This document shows, in pieces, positions 14,807-26,875 of a DNA stretch of 64,000 bases. The translations under genes and the position numbers were made by a program. Origin of the DNA: Monocercomonoides exilis PA203 (lineage: Eukaryota; Protista; Preaxostyla); NCBI GenBank assembly GCA_001643675.2, contig LSRY02000064.1, forward strand, positions 124,001 to 188,000. The letters run 5' to 3'. The notes below the pieces were generated by a model. That model saw only the letters and a list, made by a program, of their open reading frames with translations. It had not been told where the DNA came from and did no database searches. The stretch's first letter is position 1; each line of letters starts with the position of its first letter.

Positions 14807-15869
14807 ATGAAAAAATTATTAATTTGAGAGATTAACTTTAACTCGTGTTTATACTTTCATTTTAGTTTTCCTTTATTGAGAATTAAATGATAGTTTAGTT
14901 TTTGGTAAATATTTATTGATATGTTTTTTTTCGGAGTTAACGCCAGTTTTTGATAGATTGGATATTGCGTTTATTTTTTGCGTTTAAACTGAAGAGTGTT
15001 TTCCGTTTTTTCTGTTTTTTAACTTTTACGTTACCCAATCAACTTTGTTTTTATGCATGAGTTTCTGCTAAAGGCAACAGTGATCACAAAAAGATTGATT
15101 TTTCATTTTATAAGAAACATTTTTTTGATTTTAGATTTAAGTTTTATTTGTCAGTCAAGGATGAAAAAAATAAATATGAGGATATTATTTCGATTTTTGA
15201 AACTGGTCTTTAGGCTGTTGTATTATTCAATCAAGAGAAAAGATAGTTTTATCAATAACAATGAAGTTATTGAAGTATTCAGGAATACAGAAATTTTTTT
15301 CATTCAAACGTAAAAGAAGAATTCTCCAAAAAATGCTTCAAAACTTTTCAAAAAATAACCATTCCTCATAAAAATGAGTGCTTGTTTTTTCATCAAAGAA
15401 AAGAACAAAAATGATCCGAAATGAAACAATATTTCAATTTGTTTCTTAAGGTGGATAATTTTCCTTGAACAGCATTTGGGTATTTCAAAAAATTATTGTT
15501 TATCGAATCTTTCTTCTCGGATGCTATTTCAACTGAAAATAATTGCAATTGCAAAAATAGAAAGAAAACTTTTTTTAAAGGAATGCAACTATGTTATTGT
15601 GCCATGAAAGCGAAGTCAAATAAAAATATTTAAAAAAAAAAAATTACGCAATTTATCTGCTCTCCTCTGAAATGGAAAACAAAAAAATATATTAACTGGA
15701 TATAACATTTTTTAAATTAAAACACGCAATATTTTCATTTCATTAAACATATATGGAAATTCAAAGTTCAAATTTCGTTTGCACAATCTATCTTTAGGAT
15801 ATACGTCAGTTACGCTATTTTGGTTCTTTACTCGAACTCTGTCAATTGATGTCTAGCATCCGTCTCTTC

Positions 15870-16757
15870 TCATTCATATTCTAATATCAAATCCCAGTCG
15901 AAAAGCGTCCTTGCTTCTCTTGGCAAATGCACCTTCAGCACCCGCCGATCCTCAGCCAGTTCCCATCTCATCTCCTGTACGCTCTTTTCCTTCCTCTGCC
16001 CTTCTTCGTCCACCTCCACAAACACTGCACGTACAGGCCGTTCTCTCTGCCCCAGAACAACCACATCGCTAACCAGACTCCGCTGGGCAATCGTTCTCCA
16101 TGACTCGCTCACCACAGACGGCACAGTGTACAAAGCAGTCCGTGGAAAGTCGTTCCTCGGTGCAAAAGGCTTGATTTCGCAGCTCGACTCGTAGTCTCCT
16201 TTAACTCCGAGCTTTGTCTTGTTGACAAATCTTTCGGACTCCTTTCGGTACCTCGCCAAAATCTCCTCTTTCATCTTTTCGATATCTGGGCTTGTTGACA
16301 GGTTGAGGTAATTCTCAGGTGCAGGTTCGTGCATCAGACTGCAGTTTGTTGGTGGCTTGTGCACTTCTGCTTTAAACTGTTGTGTTCTGTTCTTTGTCGC
16401 ACTCAATCCAAAAGGAAGAGGCTCCTCTCTCATTGTTAGTATAATCCTTTTGCGAACTAATTTTTCGTTTGTTTCTTTTGCTTCATCGCAGGCAAGCTCT
16501 CTGTCTTGCTCTTCCACTTTCATTGTTACTTTTCTGTGTCCATATTGCCCAATCAGTTCCCAAGCGTGCGTCCGGCCATCGTCAATAAAGATTGTTCCAC
16601 TGGCTTCACCCTAGAGTGAAATGTGTTATTCATATAAGTATTCAAGTTAATTTGATAATAGAAGATATAATTATGATGGAAAAAATAAAGTTGAAAAAAA
16701 CATTTAAACTGATTGTTAAAATTTTGTATAAATCTCATGTAACAATTTTCAAAAAAA

Positions 16758-16788
<31 letters not shown>

Positions 16789-19777
16789 ATTAAAATATTT
16801 TTGAAAATAATTAAAATTCCCAAAATATTTCTGTTGCATTTGACTGAGTTCAATTCTATATATTTCACAAACATTTACATCAGGAGCAGCTACAAGTGTA
16901 ATTGGATCTTCCAACATATGGAAAGTGGATCTTCTTTTTCTGTTCCATTCTGGTAAGATGCTTCCTCCTCTTTGGAACACAGGCAAAGATGATATCGACA
17001 CTGCTAGTGAAAATCTTGGTGCCTTGTGCATATCAGGAATAGCTTCAAAACTATCATCATTGCTAATTGCTTCGAGTGTTGTATCATTATCATTGAGAAT
17101 GGTTGTATTGCTTTGTGATTCGGAATCGGATGAAGATCCGTTCGCTTCGCTATTCTCAGCTTCCAGATCAAATAACTGTCCACTTTCTAGTTCGTACCAC
17201 AAAACTTTTTCGTATCTGTTGTCGATTTGATCCTTCCATTCGCGAAGCTTTTCTTCTTTTTCAGCTTCCGAAATGTTCATCTCCATAATGGCAACTCTTT
17301 CTTCTTCCGTCTTTACGAACTCCACTTCCTCCTTCTTTCTCCATCTTGGTAGTGTAAATTTCACCTCTGTCGCACCAGGATTAACAACTGGAACAACCAC
17401 AAGATCAGACCCGAGTGCAAATGAAGCACATAAATTGCTATTAGCTGTGCTGCTCTCTTCATCCTTGTCCATGTCCAGAAATCCATAATCCATCCAAAGA
17501 GGACGCATTGGTGGCACTCCACTGACCGTGTGCTCCATCATTGTTCTGTAGATATACGGCAAAAGACGATATCTCAGCCGCACTGCATCTCCCATCAACT
17601 TGTTGTAAGGCTCACGAAACAGATATGGTTCTCTTCTCTTCGCATCTGCGTGTGCATGCTCGCGGAAAAATGGCTGCAGAGCCGCCATCTGATACCATCG
17701 AGTCAGCAGCTCCTCGGAAGGGTTGAAGAAAAACCCACCAACATCAGCTCCAACAAATCCATAGCCGCAAAGATTCATCGACAGAAGCATTCCAGTTGTA
17801 CCTTGTAAGTGGTCCCAATCCGCCTGGTTGTCTCCTGTCCAAGCAGCAGCATAGCGATGGCTTCCGGCGAAGAAAGAGCGGGTAAGAATGAACCCTCTCT
17901 CGCCAAAGAGTCTCCGGTGCATCCCCTCTGCAGCTGCCATCGAGTAATGAAGACCGAAGACATTGTGCACTTCACGATGCTCTCGCCCGTCTAGATGGAG
18001 TGCATCACGCGGCAGTGTTAGCTCGTGACCGTTGAACACTGTCGGCTCGTTCATATCGATCCACGTGTGCATCACAGGGGTGGCTTCTCGGTATTGTGTT
18101 GGATGCATCAACCCTGCCCACCACTTCCGCACCTCTGGCGACATGAAATCTGGATAGACTGAGTGGCCTGGCCAGCACGACCCTTCAAATACACCACATT
18201 CTCGCGGACTCCAACTTTTGTCTTCACCTAATGATTCTTTTCTTTTACCGCGAGAATAAGGCTCGCATCTTGTTCGAATAAGATGTCCCTTCTCCTTTGC
18301 CTGTTGATACACGTGATATCCCTCGTCTTTCTTGACATGAGGATCTACTATGGCTACGATTTTTCTGCCTTGCTCCGCAACCTTCGTCTGGAATCCCACG
18401 GGATCTGGGTATGCATCCAGCTTCCATGTAAAGTAGCGCTTTCCGTTGGTGTGCTCGATATCCAGCCAGATCACATCGCACGGCACTCCACTCTCGTCTA
18501 GACGCTCCAGCACTTTCAGGCAGTCCTCAGTGCCATTGTAATCCCACTTCGACTGATGGTAGCCCAACGAAAACAACGCTGGGAGTGCTGGCTGCCCTGT
18601 TACCAAATGATATGAAGACAGAAGCCCGCGAATGGTACGTGAGGCAAACACGAAAAAGTCTATTTGTCCAGTCTCGCTGATGAAATGGCTGTGAATTTGG
18701 TGTCCCGCGCAAGCATTATCATTGCTTTCATTTTTTGACAGAGCTTCAGTTGCATCCTCCTCCCTCAAATCAACGTATGTGTTTGCAGCATTTAGCCACA
18801 ATACTCCAGTGTACACTCCATTTCTATTCCACAATTCTCTTCCGTTTTCAATTCTTCTTTCTTCTGGCATACCAATAATCAACGGAATTGAACCATATAA
18901 TGGGAAAACTGAATGTGACTCATATTCATTCACATCCAAATTATATAATCGAATTGATTCGTTTCTTTTAATGTTATCTCCTCTGATTCATATTATTACA
19001 ATAAGCAAAGAAAGGAAAGGACAGGAAAGAAAAGAAAAGAAAAGAAAAGAAAAGAAAAGAAAAGAAAAGAAAAGAAAAGAAAAGAAAAGAAAAGAAAAGT
19101 TTTGTTATTAATTAATAATGTTTTCAAAGTATCACGAAAATTAAAATGCATTTTCAATTGTGAACAAACTGTGTCATTGGAAGACGAAATGACGATGAAC
19201 GTTCAGGTAATCCATAGACAGCTTTTGTATTAAGAAAAGAAAATTCCATAGCAACTGCTCGAGGACCAGGAGAGCTAGTAAAACTTTCTTGTGGTAATGG
19301 GTCGTAGTTCAAACGGTTATGCTTATTCATTTGAAATATTATTCTATTTCCTTCCATAAGTTCAAACAGCATTGATTCAAAATGAATTTTTAACTTATAC
19401 AATCCAAAATAGCATATTAAATAGTCTTTTGTTTTGTATGTTGATATCTGCTGCTTTTCCAGCCTGTCAACAACAACATTTTCAACTGGTCTTCGCTTTA
19501 TATATCCATCTTCGTTAATTGTCATTCGAAAAATTCCATGTATGTAAAATTGAATTTTAAAGTTAAGCTGAATTTTTTTTTCTTTGTGAACCATGGATCC
19601 TTCGATGAATGTGTTGTATTCAAGAAAATCAGGACTAATTGAAAACATGTGTTCTTTGTCAAAGAAGTCACGATTTTTCATGTACCAGTCGGCTTGATTT
19701 GGACTTTCAAATAATCCACGATCAAACAAATGTGCAAATTTTATTGTGAACTTTAAAATAATAAATAAAGAAATCAT
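15870..19777 (-). CDS. GANAB: Glucosidase II alpha subunit (GH31 alpha-glucosidase). Exons 19777-19170, 18982-16873, 16610-15870.
   Basis: N-terminal hydrophobic signal and YGLPER. Splicing restores RLYNLDVNEYE. Also LGYHQSKW, IWLDIEHT, catalytic WIDMNEP, WTGDN (acid/base) and GADVGGFF; GEASGTIFIDDG is restored by the second intron. Both introns have GTTTGT...AG ends. Confidence 0.92.
16753..16790. repeat. (AAAT)n microsatellite in GH31 intron 2
   Basis: Direct tandem aaat repeats. Confidence 0.85.
19026..19099. repeat. (AAAAG)n microsatellite in GH31 intron 1
   Basis: About 14 tandem aaaag units. Confidence 0.9.
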
Positions 19778-21152
19778 TAAAACAACAATTAAAATAAATA
19801 TATATTATGGTTAAAGGATTAAAACAAATAACAAATAATTTCATGTTGATGAAAAGGGCATTTTTAATTTATTTTTATGTCTTTGTCAAGTGAGCCATCA
19901 AGCCAAAAATTAATAGCCTTGGAATTATTGTGAAAAGTTAAATAGGGTGCTTATTTTATCTTTACATCCAAATTTTATCTCAACCCTTTTTTTTGAAACT
20001 TTCTGAAGCTTTTTTCGAGATTAGCAATGGTTTGAAACAAAAAATATATATATTAATGAACAATTTTATCACAATTATTTCCAATTTTCTGAAATTTAAT
20101 TTTTTGAAAAATTTTTGTTCATAAAAATTGTTTTTATTTTAATCATTTTTGAACCCAGATCAAAGGCTTGCTGGCTTTGAAACGAATATTTTGTACCAAC
20201 CGTTTAAAGCCGCAGCATCACAATTCTTTGTTCCTAAATTATTATTTTTTCTTGTTTTTAACTTTTTCAATTAAATTTTTGACCTTTTTTTCTCATTTCA
20301 CTGTTTTTGCTTAAAACTCTATTTTTTATATAAACAAGTGTTTGTGTCAATTTTTATTAAAATTAAAAAATGTTCAAAGTCTTATTAATCGTTTATTTGT
20401 ATTAAATGTTGAAATGAAAAGGAATTGAACAAAAATTTTAACTGGAAAGCAAGTATATATGATTTTTTTGTTATTCAAATTACCAAACATTTACAAACAA
20501 ATAATCATTTAAACATACAGGAATCGTTTTATTTTTATTATGTTTATTTATCATTTCGATAAATTTCAAAGCAAATTCATATGTGTCCTCAAAATCGTGT
20601 TTTTTGAAAAAATTTGTGAAATGAGAAAAAATGTTAAAAAAACAAGTTGAGAAAGTTTAAAACAACCAAATCACATAAAAAAGAAACGATGTATTATGAT
20701 ATGATAGCTTAAAACTTCCGATAAAAAATATTTGCTGGAAAAGCAGCAAGTCAATGATCAAAACATTAAATTATAACAGTCCTTGATCTTTTTGAAAAAC
20801 ATGAAATTATTGGAAAAAAATACAAAATGAGGAAATTGAAACATTTCAAACATTTCTGGTTATTTTTTATTTATCACAGGCATGTGTTAAGCTAAAAGCA
20901 TGACAAAAAAGAAAAAGGTCTTGATAAAGAAAAAAGGTTAAGATAAAATTATAGCCTTAATATTATTAGCTAATGTTTTTTGAGTAACTTTCTCTTTCGC
21001 AAATGTGAATTTTTTTTATTGAATAAGTGAATTCAATAAATTTCTTGTTATTTTCAACTTTTGCTAATACAACAGTGTTTTTAAACATTATTAACATTAA
21101 GCACAAAAGATTATTATTTTTATTCAAAAAAATTTATTATTTATTATTTATT

Positions 21153-21285
21153 GGATGAAATTTGAATAAGACATTTTATTTTGAATAAAGATGGTTTATT
21201 TGAATAAATAGCCTTTATTTCAAATAAAGGCAGTTTATTCGAATAAAGACGGTTTATTTGAAAACAGAGCCCTTTATTTGAGTTA
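21153..21285 (+). repeat. Left terminal inverted repeat: ~19-20-bp periodic array of the palindrome TTTATTCGAATAAA
   Basis: Units tttattttgaataaag, tttatttgaataaa, tttatttcaaataaa, tttattcgaataaa, tttatttgaaaaca, separated by 4-6-bp spacers. Confidence 0.8.
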
Positions 21286-21723
21286 TATTTTATTTTGGGA
21301 TTGGTTGATCAAAAGCTCAAAAGTTGAAAAAAATAACATGTTGACAAATCATTTGAGTGAAGAAAATAATATCTCATTTGTGATTTCCATTGGTTTCATT
21401 TATGATTTTGTTAAGATAAAAAATATAGGAGGCAATGGAATGATAAAAAATTATTTGTAATCGAATCACAAATGGAAAATTTGTCTTTTGTAAATCTATT
21501 TTCCTTTTAATAACTTTTGAATAAGAAGGCTTCTTTTCCAAAAGATTTATCGAGTTTCTTTTTTTAACAATTAAAACGGAAATATTTTTTATCAATATTT
21601 GTATATGAAAAAAAAATGAATCAGGGATAATTAATTTTTCCCCAAATTATCAAATCTTTTGTCGAGCATAAATGATTATTGAAATTTCAATTTTGTTTCT
21701 TCAAATTATCATCAAATGAATTG

Positions 21724-23573
21724 TTACTCACAATTTGACGATTTTCTCACAAGTCTTCTTTGTGAACACGCTCTTGAATTAATTTCTCTTATCTGTTTTT
21801 GTTGAGTTTCCTTTCTCCAGGAAAATGCAGTGACTTTTTGATAAAATATTCCATCAGAGGGTTCCAAATTATGATAATCAATCACAATGTTTGTTAACCA
21901 GCAAGCTATTTTAAAATCTGATGAGAGACATTTGATTCCACCAGTGTATTTTTCGGAAAATCGAAGCCATAATTTTTTTAAACGTCCAAAAAACCATTCG
22001 ACTGGAACACGGCATTTGGCAATCCTTTTGTTAAACTCTTCAATCGATAGTGAGCTTTTTGCGAAAGATGTTTCAAAACTCGATGATGAAGAGCTTGTCT
22101 CAGATAAACTTGAAGGGGAGGGAAAGCATGGAGATGATGAATGAGAGGTTAGCAACGAACACGAAGCAGAAGAATGAGAAGGTGAAGGCGAGGAAATTAA
22201 AGCAATTGAAGAATTTGGAGTAACTGCATTTGATTCCATCGTTAAACTTTGAATTTGCATCTCTGCTTGCATTCTGTAAAATTTATCAGCTATATTTTTT
22301 TTTATTGGTGTAATTAAGCGTAATTCAGTAAAATGACCTTGGTAGCCTTTATCACCCATAATTGCCCATCTGTCAATATTTAGCTCTTTCGATGTTCTTC
22401 TTTTCTCTTCATCTGTCATTTTCAGGTACTCAACGTATCTGTTCATTCCTTGACGAAATAAAGCCACATCATGCAAACCTCCTCTTTCTGCGTTTGAAAT
22501 AAACAATGCTTTGAAAGGAGGCCATGATGATACAGCGACTTCAACTTTCATACAAATAGCGTTGTGATGGCCATCATAGTAATATTGATTTTCTTCGTAT
22601 GGAACATCTGGCTTTGGAATTTTTATGGTTGTGGCATCCACGAGTAAAGCAACATTAGGGAAATCTTCATTCATTTCCTTTGGAGGTCTTGGAGGGATTG
22701 AAAACATCTTTTCCAAGACTGTGAACAGATAAAAACGAATTTCAGCAATGCTCTTGCTCACCAATGTTTGAGAAGTCCCAAGAAACAATCCAATTCTGTC
22801 CACATTCGTTGAACTGGACAGCCATTCCAAATAAATAATAAGCTTGTCATGAACAGTTAAAGCTTGTTTTGGCCCTCTTTTTGGACATGATTTCATTTCT
22901 GATTTGATCAGATTGCCCAATTCGATAATTGTTGATGCCGGAACACGTAAATGTTCATTCCTATCAACAGAAAAAAAATGATCGCAAATGAATCCGAATG
23001 AAACAGGTTTTTCCTCTTGGTTTTCTGAAGGTGTTTCATATTTCTCAATTTTTTCGATTCGCTCATCATTTCTTTTTTGAAGCGAATCAAAATCAGGCTG
23101 CTTTCGTTTTTTTTCAGTTGATCCAATATCAATTTCTTTGTGTATTTTTCTTTTGGCAGTGAACTTGCGAGCTGTCACAATGGGGGAAATCTGATTAGTG
23201 ATCGGACTATCCATCGGGGAGATGGGAATTGTCAATTCATTCGAATCAACTCTTTCTATTTCTTCCTGAATTATTGACTCAACGCGCGGGGTGTCAACTG
23301 CTGACGCTTGCAATGAAGTGGTAAACGAAAACGTTTCTGATAAAGCTGATCCACAGATTGAATGAATATTGGAATTGTGACCATCTGAACTGTTAAATGA
23401 ATGTATTTGAGAAGCCAAAGATGAACAGTTTTTTGTTTTCGCTTTTCTTTAGAACTTGCAAATAAAAGAGAAATAATTTGAAAAAAATAACCACACGCAT
23501 TATCGTCTGTCTCACAAGAATCATGAAATGAACCGAAGAATATAGGAAAAGTTTGGTTAGAACTCTGTATCAT
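21724..23573 (-). CDS. DDE_Tnp_4-family transposase (HARBI1/ISL2EU-like) with N-terminal HTH. Probable exons 23573-23497, 23446-21724.
   Basis: Catalytic triad motifs LLVDAT, IMGDKGYQG and FNKRIAKCRVPVEWFFGRLK. Also GGLHD..LF and HTH-like LTVHDKLIIYLEWL...LGTSQTLVSKSI. A 50-nt intron (23447-23496, GTGTGG...AAG) supplies an in-frame ATG at 23573. Confidence 0.85.
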
Positions 23574-24199
23574 TTTCCTAATATTCGCTTATTTCAATTT
23601 ATGGGATAAGCTCTTTTCTTGAATTGTTGCCTAATATTGCATAAGGATAAAATAAAGAAATAAACATTTCAAAAATCAAAATGTTTGCAAATAGATAACA
23701 CCGAATAAGGAAATGAATTAATAAATGCAAATTTCTAATTTCTATAATAGAAACAATAACTTTGAAAGGTGATTATTCAGAAATATTATATTGAAAACCA
23801 AGATTTTTCCATCAACATATTTGAAACATTTAACCACAGTTCGCTCAGAGTGACTAATATTCCAAAGAAGAAAATGGTTTTTGAAAAGAGTATTAGTAGT
23901 TGAAAAGAAAGCATCTGAAATCATTCGGAGATCTGTCACAAGAGTCAAATGATTTGTCTTGACCGTTGAATGGATTCTTCTTCTTTTGAATGAAATATAT
24001 GTCCTTTTATATTATTCAATACAAAAACAACGGAATCAACTTTGAAGTTTGTCGATTTCATCTTCTTATTTGTTCACAGAGTTTTCTCAAAAGCATAGGA
24101 AGACAACCCTTCCTTTACAATTTTTTCAAGCTATATTTTATGCTTCAAAAGCACCAAATTTTCTTCATTTTTTTCAATAATAATAGCTAATTATTCCAG

Positions 24200-25722
24200 G
24201 TGCGCTTTTTGGTTTCACATCCTTGGGCATCGTTCTGGAAAAGCATGCTGAACATCAATCCGGGCTCAGCCTACAAGACGCTGTCCATCAATGCATTGGC
24301 ACTCATCCAAAACGAGTTTGACCTGATATCCTGCACAGTCGTCTCCAGCAGCAGCGCTGAAATGACAACAATCACCTTTGCATCAGCCATTCTGGACAAC
24401 ACCCGCAGTTGTGTTGTTCTCAGCACAGGCAGGCTGAGTTTTAACCACCTCGATACTTCTGTTGCTGGAGGAGCCTTTCTTCGCCACTTCGAGCTCATCT
24501 CCTCCTCCACGCCTCAAGGCCAGCTTCTGTTCGGAAACTGCTCATTTGCTCCAGCCTGCACTCCTCAGATTGAAGGGACACTTGTTCGTGCTGAAGGAGG
24601 CAGTGTGCAGATGGAAGGGTGTGTGTTTTGTGCTTTTGCTCCCTCTTCGTCTCTCGCGTGCATAAGCAGCTCTCTGGAGATGAACACAACTGCATTTCAA
24701 GGGAGCCGTGCCTTGTGATGCGATGCAGGTGGGATGATTGGGGTGAGTCTGGAGAGCGGGTGCAATCTGAGTGCTGCTGGGTGCGAATTCACCCATGGCG
24801 AGTGTAATAAGAAGACAGGCAGAGGAGGTGCGCTGTATGTGAAGAGCACAGAAGCAGATCCAGCTGGGCAGACATTCCTTTTGAAGGCAGTCACTTTTGA
24901 GAGCAACGATGCGTCCAAAGGCAGAAACATATATGTGTACTTCTTCAACATCAATACGAGTATATCCCCAACCACCTTCCACCTGATGTTCCAACTGTTT
25001 ATCAATGATCCTCATGCGTTTGTGGGGAGCGACCAAACATTTGCAGATGCTGATCTGTTCCGCTTCCTTTTTCCATACGCATCCAGCGAGATCCACCTGC
25101 CCGATGCTGGATTTGAAATTGCAAGGTGCGGATCGCCGATCGAACCCTTCCGATCCTTTGTGGCTGGCTTCGAGCACATGGACGCCTCGGCTTCGCACAA
25201 AACGTTCTGCTTCAGCTGCCCAACACACTTCACTTGTCCAGAAGACTTGCCGAATTTCATATTCCAGTTAATACCCACTACGAAGCAACGTAGTCAGTGC
25301 TGCTGTTCCAGAAAGATTGTCAGGTGTCCAATTCATTCCTCCTGAACAGTCGGAGTCTCTCCCTTTCAGCGATCTCCCTCCATGATTCTGATGGGTTCAG
25401 CAACGAAGTCAGCGCGATCATCCTCAGCAAGCAGGGTTCATTGGCCCTGGACTAGAGTGCTTTCGACTCACATACAAGTATCACTTTGCTTTGTGCTAAT
25501 TCATGTGCTGTTGTGGAAATGGAAAATCTCGCTTGCACGCAGTATGAGTTGAAAAACGCACATCTCGTGTGTTTGATGTTTCTCCTTCATGCAGGATTTG
25601 CAGGCACATTCGATGCCATCCACATTTCTTCATGCAGCCTGTCCAACTGCTACCATGTCGAAGCAGCAAGCAGCACCAACCGCTCTCCCAATTCCCATTT
25701 CTCAATTTCCATCTTTGGATAA
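24200..25722 (+). pseudogene. Decayed internal fragment of a giant beta-helix surface-protein gene, inside the transposon
   Basis: GRGGALYV..FESNDASKGRNIYV..AFVGSDQTFADADLFRFL..GFEIARCGSPIEPFRSF aligns with FGRNNARTGRNMFL..LFVGRDKVFTGVDLLCFL..GYDVKRCGRAVEPCRTF of the 46227-58385 protein. It has an in-frame TGA (24716-24718), a frameshift near 25290 and a TAG (25453-25455). No signal peptide or TM. Confidence 0.8.
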
Positions 25723-26737
25723 ACTCTTATAAATGTGTGCAAGCAGTGAAGAAGTTAGAAATTGTTAGGAGGAAGCAAGAGTGTGCGGTTGAAATTGTTG
25801 TGAAAGAAATAATTTTTGGATGAGAAGAAGAAACATCAAATAAGAGTAAGTAATTTGGTGTCATTGTTTGAGCAGCTAATAACTGGTAAAATATTTCATT
25901 TCCGCACCGATCCGGTGGATGAACTTCACTGGAACAGGAATGAGTGGCTGTGTGTATCAGAATACAAAGTTGACAGAAAAATAACTCATGATTGTGAGTG
26001 GATAAAATGCAAAAGCTGTGCAAAAAAATATATATATATATTTTCGTAATGTGAAAAAAATGAATCAAAGCAAATAAACAATAAACATATCCATATTATC
26101 ATTAAAAGAAGTTTTCAAACTATTCTTAACGTTGAATCGCAAATGATGTATAAGGAATGCGTAATTTTTACATATTCTTTTGGATTTTAATTTTCGTGCT
26201 AACGTTCAAATAAGGAATAAATAATATTGCTCACTCAACAGCAGTTGGATGAGCATGCTCAAATGTTAACGGCTTTTTTGTTAAATAACTGTCCTAATCG
26301 AAAAAATTGTGGATAATAATTTCAAAAAATCATCATCAAAAAATAAAGATTGTGAAACAAGATGAGTGCAAAATAAAGAAGGACGTATTAATATACATTA
26401 TCAATCAGTTTGGCGAATAACCTTTTCAACATGAAATAATCATTCCAATGCGAAAAAAAGGAAAAATCAATGATTTGGATTTTATTTTCCAACTTATGTT
26501 GAGATCAAAATTGATAAAGATGATTATTCAATAAAAAACCTCGAAAATATGTGATTAATAATACAAATAAACTTATGTAGCATGAAAATTTTCATTAAAT
26601 ATCTTCAAAAAAAAGTTTTTCTTTGATTTTCACGAAAAAAATGTTTGATCACTTGTTTTGAATTTTTTTATTAGTTGTGAATAACGCATTAAAACATCGA
26701 AAACATGAACAAATTTTCCATAACAATATCTATAAAC

Positions 26738-26875
26738 TCTTTATTCGAATCTTTCATGGTTGATTCGAGAAAGCAGACGTTTATTTGAATAAACTGCCTC
26801 TCATTCAATTAAAAGGGGGTTTATTCGAATAAAGTCAGATCATTCGAATAAAAACTTTTTATTCGCATTTCATCC
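26738..26875 (-). repeat. Right terminal inverted repeat (degenerate mirror of the left TIR)
   Basis: tttattcgaat, tttatttgaataaa, tttattcgaataaa and cattcgaataaaa units, ending ...attcgcatttcatcc. Confidence 0.8.

Larger units (their letters stand above)
21153..26875. mobile_element. TIR DNA transposon (5,723 bp), PIF/Harbinger-ISL2EU-like, carrying a host gene fragment
   Basis: Left end GGATGAAATTTGAATAAG... and reverse complement of right end GGATGAAATGCGAATAAA... Both ends carry arrays of TTTATTCGAATAAA-like palindromes and share ggcagtttattcNaataaa. Flanked by direct repeat ATT (extendable to ATTATTTATT). Internal DDE transposase ORF. Confidence 0.8.

Noticed and set aside
21153-21285. 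CRISPR-like array of palindromic repeats
   Set aside because: Spacers are only ~5 bp, the repeats are degenerate, there are no cas genes, the context is eukaryotic, and the array is mirrored at 26738-26875 as a transposon TIR.
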